A DNA stretch of 64,000 nt from Candidatus Hydrogenedentota bacterium. Lineage in GTDB: Bacteria; Hydrogenedentota; Hydrogenedentia; Hydrogenedentales; SLHB01. The stretch covers positions 144,384-208,383 of the forward strand of contig BTWA01000008.1 in NCBI GenBank assembly GCA_045863295.1. The letters are read 5' to 3'. Shown one piece after another: positions 29,507-40,819 of the stretch (position 1 is its first letter; every line of letters begins with the position of its first letter). The notes beneath the pieces are model-generated. The model did no database searches and was not told where the DNA came from. It worked only from the letters and a program-made list of their open reading frames with translations. A program made the position numbers and the translations under genes.

Positions 29507-30843
29507 TTAAATGCGCCAAGGGCTTCGCATTGGGCGTTGAAGCAGACGGTTCGCATCATCATCGCCGTCAAACTGCTCGGTGACCGGATCCCATTGAAGC
29601 GCACGTTTAAGCCAGTAGCATATGTTGCCAATGTGGCAGACCGTCGCCGAACGATGACCAATTTCAATGTCGCAAATGGGTTTGCGGCGGGTTTTAATGC
29701 ATTCCAACCAGTTCTCATGATGCCCCGGACTGTCGTAGAGGTGGATCTCTCCAGGGCCAATGACCTCTTGGGCAATTTCGGCCGGCTCCGTCTCAAACCA
29801 GCCTCTATTCACCCGCACCTTTCCCTGGTCACCGATAAACTCGACGCCAGCATTGCCAAAAGCCCCGCCGTGATACATGACAACGCCGTTGTCGTATTTG
29901 TACGTCAAGTAAGGGTAGTCCTGACCATCCGGGGGATGGACTTCACATGGGCCGCTCCCGTCCCTATCAAGGCCCCACTGCGCAATATCGAAATGATGAG
30001 CACCCCAGTCCGTCATCATGCCCCCGGCGTAGTCGCGATAGCTCCGCCAGTTTGGCCAACCTTCGTAGGTGTGCGGCGGAGCGATGTCGGAATGATAGGG
30101 CCGGTAGGGCGCCGGCCCCAACCAGAAGTTCCAATCGAGTCCCTCCGGCACGGGTTCTTCCGGCAAATAACAGTCGACTGGCGGTCCGCCCACATTCACG
30201 TGAATGGTATGCAACTTGCCAATGCGGCCATTGCGAACCAGTTCGCATGCGATGCGGAATTCCCGGGACGATCGCTGCTGGCTGCCGGTCTGAAATACCC
30301 GGCCATAGTGGCGCGCCGCAGTGCGCATCGCCTTCCCTTCATTAATTGTGCGCGCAAGCGGCTTCTCCGAATACACGTCCTTGCCGTTTCGCATGGCCTC
30401 GATGGCCACAAGTGAATGCCAATGGTTGGGCGTTGCATTAACGACCGCATCGATATCCTGACGCGCGCACAGGTCGCGAAAGTCAGAGTACGCGTCAATC
30501 CCTTCGTAACCGGCGTCCTTACCGAACGTCTCGGTATACGCATCGATTGCGCGCTGCTTTTGAATACCAAGCCGGACAGACTCCACATCGCAGAGGGCAA
30601 CCACCTGCACTTCCCGGTTGGACAGGAAACTGCCATGATGCCCCCCCATCATCTTCCCCATGCCAACCAGCCCGAGGGTAATGCGATCACTGGGGGCTGT
30701 ATGCCCATCGGCCCCCAAGGCCGACGCGGGAATGATGTATGGAAATCCGGCAACCCCGGCCAGAGCGGCCGCGCCTTGTTTGAGAAAGGTCCGGCGCGTT
30801 TGGCGGCGGGTCGACCCCTAGAGGCGTAACGTGGCAAATCCAT
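29507..30843 (-). CDS. Tat-exported Gfo/Idh/MocA oxidoreductase with a frameshift near the 5' end
   Basis: GLVGMG, ATPNHWH, YSEKP, GSQQRS, DWGAHH. The AGGAG SD and ATG at 30843 are one base out of frame with the TRRTFLK Tat motif; the break maps to the C4 run at 30815-30818. Confidence 0.85.
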
Positions 30844-31254
30844 CGCGGCTGACTCCTGTTGCGAGCGACGGCACGGGGAGGTCGCGGACGCCGCCTGTTC
30901 TCTGGCCCAAGGTTGCGAACGACTTTACTCGGTCAGCCGGTCGGGTACAAGCTTGGCTTAGCGTCGGAAGATTCCGTTTCCCCTTCTATGCGCATGGGGA
31001 GGTAGTGATTACTATCTGCTCAGCACAACCATATAACCATATGAATTGATTGGGCTTAATAGAGATCGCCCATTCAGGCGCCAGTATTTGAGATCCCCAC
31101 AAATCCGGGATTTGACTTCGCGGGGAATCAGGCGGGATAATTTGAGTCTGTGTGCGGAGCGGGTTCCCGCTTGGCGTGAATAAACCCCGATGAGCTTCGT
31201 CTATCATTCGACGGACAACCGCGAAACGTGTTTTCGCGAATTTCAGGAGGAAGT

Positions 31255-31932
31255 ATGAAGCGTTTGCGTTGGACAGTGAATGCGGCCTTGGCGGGCGCGG
31301 CGGCATTCGGTTTTGGTTACGCCCTACCGGTGATTGCTCAGGATGAGGCAGAGGTTAAGATTGAGTTGCCGGCGCCCGTGTTTGGCGGCACCCCGTTGGA
31401 CTACTTCAGCGACAATCTCGAAGAACGTTCCTACAAGCCCCGGGAACCCTTCAAAGCGCCTGCCGGCACGGAGTTGCTTTCCAAGGGCAAGCCGGTCACC
31501 TGCAGCACGCAGACGAACTTTGGCAAGCTGGAACAGATTACCGATGGTGACAAGGAAGCCTACGACAGCAGCCTGGTTGAAGTGAAGAAGGGTGCTCAAT
31601 GGGTTCAAATTGACCTTGGCAAGACCGCGGAAGTTCACGGCGTCGTCGTATGGCACTACCATGCGGCAGAGCGCGTGTACTTTGACACTATCGTCAAGGT
31701 ATCGGACGACCCCAATTTCGAGAAAGACGCCACGACGATTTACAATAACGATCACGACAATTCAGCAGGTCTTGGCGTGGGCGAAGACAAGGAATACATT
31801 GAAACGTACGAAGGCCGCCTGATTAAGGGCAAAGCCGCCAAAGGCCGCTATGTACGCTTGTACACGAATGGCAACACAACCGACGATGCCAACCACTACC
31901 TCGAAGTGGAAGTGTTCGGCAAGCCGCTGTAA
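31255..31932 (+). CDS. Secreted discoidin/F5/8C-like protein (paralog 1)
   Basis: AGGAGG SD, signal peptide, QITDGDK, QWVQIDLG, GRYVRLY, EVEVFG. Confidence 0.85.
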   Translation: MKRLRWTVNAALAGAAAFGFGYALPVIAQDEAEVKIELPAPVFGGTPLDYFSDNLEERSYKPREPFKAPAGTELLSKGKPVTCSTQTNFGKLEQITDGDKEAYDSSLVEVKKGAQWVQIDLGKTAEVHGVVVWHYHAAERVYFDTIVKVSDDPNFEKDATTIYNNDHDNSAGLGVGEDKEYIETYEGRLIKGKAAKGRYVRLYTNGNTTDDANHYLEVEVFGKPL

Positions 31933-31953
31933 TCGAATACAGTAAGCGCCACG

Positions 31954-31994
31954 AGCCCTGCGCCGGATTCGCCCGGCGCGGGGCTTTTTGTTTT
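31954..31994 (+). terminator. Rho-independent terminator
   Basis: AGCCCTGCGCCGG-loop-CCGGCGCGGGGCT followed by a T tract, just after the stop at 31932. Confidence 0.85.
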
Positions 31995-32074
31995 CGGGCA
32001 ACGGCGTTGGGGAACGGGTGTAAGATACATGGTGGCAAGTCATCGACACTGAATCGCCGGGAGAGCCAAAATCG

Positions 32075-32533
32075 ATGGATTGGCTAAAGAGCCCTCGTGC
32101 CATTGTGGTTGTGGCGCTGGTCCTGATTATCGCCGTGCCCACGTTGATATGGCGGACTGAGGCAAGGCGGGCCAAACCTGAATTTGTCAGCGCTGTCAAC
32201 GCGGGCCAGGTGCATAATGTCCCCATAGGCCTCAAGGAGAAAACGTGGACAAGCGCGGAAACCGCCACTGTACAGCTGAAAAAGGTCCCCATTGGCCGGG
32301 GCAGGCGGCAGGCACTTGCACGGTTGTTTAACCCTGGGGTCGTCGTGCCGGGCGACAATTTCGACATGCAGGCAACTATGATGGATAATGAGACCGGAAT
32401 TCGGCATGTGTTCGGAAGAATGCGAACGGATCCACACCACTGGATTTGGTACGGCATACATCCGGACTCCATGGAGTTGCATATTCGGTTGCGGCAGGAA
32501 GAAGTTGAAGCGATAAAAAGCCTGAGTAAGTAA
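32075..32533 (+). CDS. Hypothetical membrane-anchored protein
   Basis: GGAG SD, N-terminal TM helix; ends 14 bp before the next gene. Confidence 0.7.
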   Translation: MDWLKSPRAIVVVALVLIIAVPTLIWRTEARRAKPEFVSAVNAGQVHNVPIGLKEKTWTSAETATVQLKKVPIGRGRRQALARLFNPGVVVPGDNFDMQATMMDNETGIRHVFGRMRTDPHHWIWYGIHPDSMELHIRLRQEEVEAIKSLSK

Positions 32534-32547
32534 CGGAGGTTACCCCT

Positions 32548-33201
32548 ATGAAGCGCAGAATAGTGGTGGGTATGGTGTCCGCTGTCCTTGCCGTTTTAGG
32601 CTATGCAGATGAAAAGGTGGAAGTTGCGATTGATCTGCCCGATCCGGTTATTGGGGGCACACCGCTTTCCTACGAAAACGAGAATCTCGAACCCCCGGAC
32701 TTCAAACTACGCGAGCCGTTCATGGCCCCGGATGGCACGGCGTTAGTGTCAAAAGGCGCACCCGTCACCGCCAGCACAAAACCTTCTTTCGGCACATTGG
32801 AACAAATTACGGATGGCGACAAGGAGGCTGTAAATGGAAACCTAGTGGGTCTAAAGAAAGGCCCTCAGTGGGTTCAGCTCGATTTGGGTAAGACTATCGA
32901 AATGTACGGTATTCTGATTTGGCACTTTCATGAGTATGAGCGCGTGTATTTCGATGTGGTTGTGCAAATATCGGACGATCCAACGTTCGAAAAGTCAGTG
33001 TCCACCGTTTATAACAGCGACAACGACAATTCAGCGGGACTGGGCGAGGGAAAAGACAAACTGTACATCGAAAAGTTTGAAGGCAGGTTGATCAAACTGG
33101 ACGGAACAAAAGGCCGGTATGTCCGGCTTTATTCCAATGGAAACACCACCGACGACGACAACCATTATCTCGAGGTAGAAGTATATGGCAAGGCGCCATG
33201 A
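32548..33201 (+). CDS. Secreted discoidin/F5/8C-like protein (paralog 2)
   Basis: GGAGG SD; colinear with 31255-31932 (GGTPL, EQITDGDKEA, NGNTTDDxNHYLEVEV). Confidence 0.85.
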   Translation: MKRRIVVGMVSAVLAVLGYADEKVEVAIDLPDPVIGGTPLSYENENLEPPDFKLREPFMAPDGTALVSKGAPVTASTKPSFGTLEQITDGDKEAVNGNLVGLKKGPQWVQLDLGKTIEMYGILIWHFHEYERVYFDVVVQISDDPTFEKSVSTVYNSDNDNSAGLGEGKDKLYIEKFEGRLIKLDGTKGRYVRLYSNGNTTDDDNHYLEVEVYGKAP

Positions 33202-33264
33202 CATCACGTTCTATGACTTGGAGGTGAAACCGGGGTCCAGCCGGCAATACGTCTCCCTACCCAT

Positions 33265-34839
33265 ATGAAAAGCGCTGCCTTCTGGATAACAATGAGTGCA
33301 ATGGTAGTTGTCGCCGCTGCATTTCGTCTTGTAGACCTGAACGGGAAGCCCATGCACGGGGACGAAGCCAATCAGGCATACAAGGCTGGAGTGCTCTACG
33401 ATACCGGCGTGTATGAATACGATCCGCATGAGCACCACGGCCCCACCCTCTACTTTGGCACGTTGCCATTCTTGAAGTATGCGGGCAACAGCAGCGTCGA
33501 TGCCGACGCGCAAACGTATCGAGTGTTGCCCGCACTGTTCGGTATCGGCTTGGTTGCGATTCTAGTCCTCCTCAAAGACGCCATTGGCCCATGGCCCGCC
33601 GTCTGGTCTGCGGCACTGACCGCGATGTCCCCCGCACTCACGTACTACAGCCGGTACTACATCCAGGAAGTGCTTCTCGTGTTCTTCACACTCATGGCGT
33701 TGGCCTCGGCATGGCGGTATTGCCATAGGCCGAACTGGGGCTGGGCCGTATTGACGGGAGTCGCCGTGGGCCTGATGCACGCCACCAAGGAAACATGCCT
33801 GCTGTCGTTTGCCGCAATGGCTGGAGGCGCGGCTATGACCTGGGTGTGGGGTCGAGCGGTCCGTTCACGTGGGCAAAGTGAGCAGACACGGCAAGGCGAC
33901 GAAAGAAGGCCGCCCCTGGCGCTATCGCACGTAACCGCGGCAGGCCTGGCTGCCGTTTTGGTATCTGTACTCTTGTTCACGTCGTTCTTCACGCACGCAC
34001 GAGGTCCGCTGGATTCCGTCTTGACCTATGCCACCTACCTCAATCGCGCCGGCGGCGAAGGCAGCGCTGCCCTCCATGACAAACCCTGGTATTACTACCT
34101 TCAACTGCTGGCATTCACAAAGAGAGCGCCCGGGCCATGGTGGAGCGAAGGTCTCATACTCACGCTTGCGGTGACCGGATCCGTCGCCACGCTTTGCAAG
34201 CGGGGCGACTACCCAGCGCTGAAATTCCAGCGGCTTCTCGTTTTCTACACCATTCTGCTGACCGCCGCCTATTGCCTGATCGCGTATAAGACGCCGTGGT
34301 CAATGCTCAGCTTCTATCACGGGATGATTCTCCTTGCTGGAATCGGCGCGGCAACGCTGGCCGGCCTGTTCAAACACCGCATGGCGCAGGCCATCGTCGT
34401 GCTGTTCATCGGGTCCGGAGTAGTACAACTCGGGGCGCAAAACTATCGTGCCAGTTTTGAGTACGCGGCGGATGTCCGCAATCCATATGTCTACGCGCAC
34501 ACGTCAACGGCCTTCATGCGGTTACCTCAGCGCATGCTCGATCTGGCTGCGGTCCATTCGAATGGCACGCGAATGCGAATTCTTGTCATCGCCGCCAATA
34601 ATGACTACTGGCCGCTTCCCTGGTATCTGCGCGCATTTGAGAACACAGGCTACTTCGGCGAGATGCCTCAGGCGTTGGATGCGGATGTGATTATTGCGTC
34701 TCCTCCTTTTAACGTGGATATCGGCAGAATGGCAGGGGATGAATATCAATCTGAAGTGCACGGATTGCGGCCTAAGGTATTGCTACAGGTTTTTATACGC
34801 CGGCCGCTGTGGAATGCATTTATGGAGACTCGGAAATAA
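33265..34839 (+). CDS. GT-C fold membrane glycosyltransferase, TIGR03663/Agl23-like
   Basis: PMHGDEA, YDPHEHHGP, YYSRYYIQE, ATKE, YKTPW, YWPLPWYLR; multiple TM helices. Confidence 0.82.
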   Translation: MKSAAFWITMSAMVVVAAAFRLVDLNGKPMHGDEANQAYKAGVLYDTGVYEYDPHEHHGPTLYFGTLPFLKYAGNSSVDADAQTYRVLPALFGIGLVAILVLLKDAIGPWPAVWSAALTAMSPALTYYSRYYIQEVLLVFFTLMALASAWRYCHRPNWGWAVLTGVAVGLMHATKETCLLSFAAMAGGAAMTWVWGRAVRSRGQSEQTRQGDERRPPLALSHVTAAGLAAVLVSVLLFTSFFTHARGPLDSVLTYATYLNRAGGEGSAALHDKPWYYYLQLLAFTKRAPGPWWSEGLILTLAVTGSVATLCKRGDYPALKFQRLLVFYTILLTAAYCLIAYKTPWSMLSFYHGMILLAGIGAATLAGLFKHRMAQAIVVLFIGSGVVQLGAQNYRASFEYAADVRNPYVYAHTSTAFMRLPQRMLDLAAVHSNGTRMRILVIAANNDYWPLPWYLRAFENTGYFGEMPQALDADVIIASPPFNVDIGRMAGDEYQSEVHGLRPKVLLQVFIRRPLWNAFMETRK

Positions 34840-34840
34840 T

Positions 34841-36951
<2,111 letters not shown>

Positions 36952-37013
36952 TCAACTGATATTCTTCATCTCTCGCCTTGGCGAAAAACCTCAAGGAAAT
37001 GGAGTACAACCCC

Positions 37014-37580
37014 ATGTCAATGCCCGTAAAGTTTATTTCCACGGAAATTCCAGCTGTTCTGGAAGTGCACTGTGGAGTCGCGGGCGATGATCGTGGGTTC
37101 TTTTCTGAAATCTATTCCGAGAAGACGTGGACCGAAGTCGGATACGCAATGAGATTCGTCCAGGACAACATCAGCCAATCCGTCAAGGGCACGCTTCGCG
37201 GACTTCACTATCAGAACAAACCCCATGCACAAGGAAAACTGATTCGCGTCATGCGGGGCTCCATATACGACGTTGCGGTGGACATTCGGAAGGGATCGCC
37301 CACGTTTGGCAAATGGGTAGGCCGTGAAATGTCGGCAAAAAATAAAATGGCGATGTGGGTGCCCGAAGGGTTTGCTCACGGCTTTATCGCACTCGAAGAT
37401 GAGACGCTCATCATGTACAAATGCACGGACTTCTATGCGCCGCAATCCCAGCATACCATTCTCTGGAATGACCCCAAAGTCAATATTCAGTGGCCCATGG
37501 AACCGCTTGTTTTGTCGGAGAAAGACGCTGTGGCCCCAGTTCTGGACGAGGCGGACTATAATTTCGTTTACAGCGCGTGA
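37014..37580 (+). CDS. rfbC: dTDP-4-dehydrorhamnose 3,5-epimerase
   Basis: DDRGFF, VQDN, LRGLHYQ, VDIRKGSPTFG, GFAHGF. Confidence 0.93.
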   Translation: MSMPVKFISTEIPAVLEVHCGVAGDDRGFFSEIYSEKTWTEVGYAMRFVQDNISQSVKGTLRGLHYQNKPHAQGKLIRVMRGSIYDVAVDIRKGSPTFGKWVGREMSAKNKMAMWVPEGFAHGFIALEDETLIMYKCTDFYAPQSQHTILWNDPKVNIQWPMEPLVLSEKDAVAPVLDEADYNFVYSA

Positions 37581-38509
37581 TCGCCGTACCACGCCACTGT
37601 CCGGCGCAAACCTTCTTGCAGATCAACCGGGGGTTGGTAGCCCAAGGCACGTCGTGCTTTCTCAATGGACGCCATCGAATGCATGACCTCGCCCAATCTG
37701 GGCGCTCGATATTCAATCGGCATGCCGGCTCCCGTTAGCTTCTGCAACGTCTCCACCAATTCGTTTACGGTAATCCCACCCCCGCACCCCACATTGTACA
37801 CGCAACCAGCTGCTTCAATAGGCGCTTCACAAGCCCGCAGATTGGCATGCACCACATTGTCCACATATGTAAAATCGCGGGACTGCGTGCCGTCGCCAAA
37901 TACAATGGGCGAGCGGCCTTCCCGCATCGCCAGAATGAATTTGGGGATCGCTGCCGCGTAGGCGGAACCGGGATCCTGGCGCGGCCCAAACACATTGAAG
38001 TAGCGCAACGAAATGGTCTCAAGGCCGTAAAGCCGGAAAAATGTCGATGCGTACATTTCCGCGGCGGCCTTGGTGATGGCATATGGAGACAGTGGATTCA
38101 GCGGCAAATCCTCCGACTTCGGCAATACGGGCGTATCGCCGTATACGGATGAAGACGATGCCAGCACCACGCGTTTGACACCGGCATCTCTCGCAGCAAC
38201 CAGTACGTTTAGGGTCCCCACTACGTTTGCCTGATTCGAAGCAACGGGGTCGGAAACGGATCGCGGCACGGACGGCAATGCGGCCTCATGCAGCACGTAG
38301 TCCGCATCCTTGCATGCGCGGGCACACAGAATAGGATCAGTTATTGATCCCTGCATGACAGTCAAATCGCCGTTCAGATGCGATATGTTTTCCAGCCGCC
38401 CGGTGGAACAATCGTCCAACACCACGACGGTCCCGCCTCGTTCGAGGATGGCCTCGACAAGATTCGACCCGATGAAGCCAGCGCCGCCGGTAACGGTAAA
38501 ACGAGTCAT
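37568..38509 (-). CDS. UDP-GlcNAc/Glc 4-epimerase (WbpP-like SDR)
   Basis: TGGAGFIGS, HEAALPSVPRS, YAITK, RYFNVFGPRQDP. Confidence 0.88.
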   Translation of the reverse strand: MTRFTVTGGAGFIGSNLVEAILERGGTVVVLDDCSTGRLENISHLNGDLTVMQGSITDPILCARACKDADYVLHEAALPSVPRSVSDPVASNQANVVGTLNVLVAARDAGVKRVVLASSSSVYGDTPVLPKSEDLPLNPLSPYAITKAAAEMYASTFFRLYGLETISLRYFNVFGPRQDPGSAYAAAIPKFILAMREGRSPIVFGDGTQSRDFTYVDNVVHANLRACEAPIEAAGCVYNVGCGGGITVNELVETLQKLTGAGMPIEYRAPRLGEVMHSMASIEKARRALGYQPPVDLQEGLRRTVAWYGDHAL

Positions 38510-38561
38510 GCAATTCCCTCAGGTCTATACTGGTACTGAATCCCAAGCTCCATGACGCACG

Positions 38562-39515
38562 TCATCCCATGGTTGCCTTGTACCAATCGACAAACCGGGC
38601 AATTCCCTCGTCCATATCTACTTGCGGATTGTACCCCAAAAGTCTCCGGGCCTTGTCGACATTGGCATAGGTAATCGCCACGTCCCCGGGCTGCATTGGC
38701 TGACTGTCAATTACCGCTTCTTTGCCCACATGTTTGGATATCAGCCGGATCAGATGCCGCAATGAGGTCGTGGTACTTTCTCCCAAATTAAAAATCTCGT
38801 AACGAAACGGCGTGTCGACGGCCCGAATCACGCCGTCAATGCAATCGTCAATGTAGGTATAATCCCGCTGCGTCGATCCGTCGCCAAACATGGGCACGGG
38901 CCGCCCTTCGTGGATAAGCCGCGTAAAATGGTGAATAGCCATGTCCGGCCGCTGCCGCGGGCCGTACACGGTGAAGAATCGCAGCATCGCGACATTCATG
39001 CCGTACGTGTGGCTGTAGACATGACCCATCAGTTCGTTCATCCGCTTGGTGGCGGCATAGGGGCTGATGGGCTGACTCACATCCTGGCCTTCGTCGAAGG
39101 GCACGCAAGTAAGCGCTCCGTATACGGAACTGCTCGACGCCCAGACCAAATGAGAAGGCGGAAAACGCCGGCAAGCGTCCAATACGTGTTGCGATCCCAC
39201 AACATTTACCCTGTGATACAGATTGGGGTCCTGCAACGACGGTCGTACGCCCGCCCGGGCGGCCAAATGAACTACCACATCCGGTTTGGCCGTTTCGAAT
39301 ACGCGAAGCACCATGGACTCATCGCAGATGTCGCCCTCGATGAGTTGAAAACGTGGATTCGCCTGCGCTGAAATTATATTTCGACGCTTTAGGGCAGGGT
39401 CGTAGTAATCATTGAACTCGTCAATCCCAACCACGGCATCGCCGCGATCCAGAAGCCGATCCGCCAGCGAAGACCCAATGAATCCGGCCACCCCGGTTAT
39501 AAGTATACGCTTCAT
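38562..39515 (-). CDS. UDP-glucuronate 4-epimerase-like SDR
   Basis: HLAARAGVRPS, YAATK, RFFTVYGPRQRPDMA. Confidence 0.88.
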   Translation of the reverse strand: MKRILITGVAGFIGSSLADRLLDRGDAVVGIDEFNDYYDPALKRRNIISAQANPRFQLIEGDICDESMVLRVFETAKPDVVVHLAARAGVRPSLQDPNLYHRVNVVGSQHVLDACRRFPPSHLVWASSSSVYGALTCVPFDEGQDVSQPISPYAATKRMNELMGHVYSHTYGMNVAMLRFFTVYGPRQRPDMAIHHFTRLIHEGRPVPMFGDGSTQRDYTYIDDCIDGVIRAVDTPFRYEIFNLGESTTTSLRHLIRLISKHVGKEAVIDSQPMQPGDVAITYANVDKARRLLGYNPQVDMDEGIARFVDWYKATMG

Positions 39516-39707
39516 CTATTTTGCCCCACGCAGGTCCGAAAGTCGCATAGTCTAACGAATGCAGACCCTCAGTTCGAGGAATCCAACCCGTAGACCATTC
39601 GAATCGATTTTTCCGACTGGACGGTGTACGAGCATGCCACTTTGCATCGCGCTCGTGTCAAGTCTAGAATCGAACCTGGTAAACCGTGAAGGCAGGGAGC
39701 AAAGCGA

Positions 39708-40673
39708 ATGCGGGTATTGGTAACCGGAGCGGGTGGTTTCATCGGCCACCATCTGGTAAACGAGTTGAAAAAGCGCGGACACTGGGTGCGTGGCGTCGAC
39801 ATCAAAGCACCGGAGTTCGAGACTTCGCCGGCCGACGAATTCGAATTGCTCGACCTGCGAAAAGCCGACAATTGTCTGGTCGCCACCCGTGGCGGTCTGG
39901 ATCGCATTTACCACCTTGCGTCGGACATGGGCGGCATCGCTTTCATCGAGAACTTCAAGGCGCAAATCATGCGCAACAATACACTCATCAACATGCACAT
40001 TATCGAAGCCGCCCGGCTGAACGGCGCCGGACGGTTCCTTTTCTCTTCCAGTGCGTGTGTATACCCCGGCTATAAACAAAAGGAAGCCGACGTCACTCCG
40101 TTAAAGGAATCCGATGCCTATCCCGCCGATCCCGAAGATGGATACGGATGGGAGAAGCTCTTCATGGAGCGGCAATGCCGGCATTACCGGCAAGACTACG
40201 GCCTTGAAACCCGCATCGTGCGGTTTCACAACATCTACGGCCCGTTGGGCACCTATGACGGCGGCCGCGAGAAATCGCCCGCCGCGGTCTGCCGAAAAGT
40301 CGCGCAGGCGCACGACGGCGGCGAAATTGAAATCTGGGGAGACGGCGAACAGACACGAAGTTACTGCTATATTGACGATTGCATCGAAGGAATCATCCGC
40401 CTCATGGAATCCGATCACCTCGACCCACTTAACATCGGCACCGACCGGCTTGTCACCATCAACCAACTCGTGGACATTGTCTCTGCCATCGCCGGCAAGA
40501 CCCTGCGCAAACGCCACGAATTGGACCGTCCATTGGGTGTGCGCGGCCGCAATAGCGACAATTCACTTGTCAGATATGTGCTGAAATGGGAGCCGCAAGT
40601 CAGCCTCGAAGACGGGTTAAGGAACACATACGAGTGGATTGGAACGGAGCTCGAAAAAGCTGCGCGCATCTAA
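39708..40673 (+). CDS. GDP-mannose 3,5-epimerase-like SDR
   Basis: LASDMGG, SSACVYP, YGWEKL, GGREKSPAA, GVRGRNSDN. Confidence 0.88.
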   Translation: MRVLVTGAGGFIGHHLVNELKKRGHWVRGVDIKAPEFETSPADEFELLDLRKADNCLVATRGGLDRIYHLASDMGGIAFIENFKAQIMRNNTLINMHIIEAARLNGAGRFLFSSSACVYPGYKQKEADVTPLKESDAYPADPEDGYGWEKLFMERQCRHYRQDYGLETRIVRFHNIYGPLGTYDGGREKSPAAVCRKVAQAHDGGEIEIWGDGEQTRSYCYIDDCIEGIIRLMESDHLDPLNIGTDRLVTINQLVDIVSAIAGKTLRKRHELDRPLGVRGRNSDNSLVRYVLKWEPQVSLEDGLRNTYEWIGTELEKAARI

Positions 40674-40819
40674 ACGGGTGTTTGATTCAGCACAATGCCG
40701 CTGCCCCTCGGACGTGAACCCGGGGTACACGCTCGACCACGCCACGTGCCGCCGCAATCGACAGACGAAAGCGGTTAACAATTCGTCTACAATGCATTCG
40801 CCTGTTTGTCGATCGTGCT

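Noticed and set aside
29048..30415. Long antisense ORFs (455 aa here; also 42916-44136, 44384-45517, 45328-46254)
   Set aside because: Opposite-strand shadows of well-supported genes, typical of high-GC codon bias.
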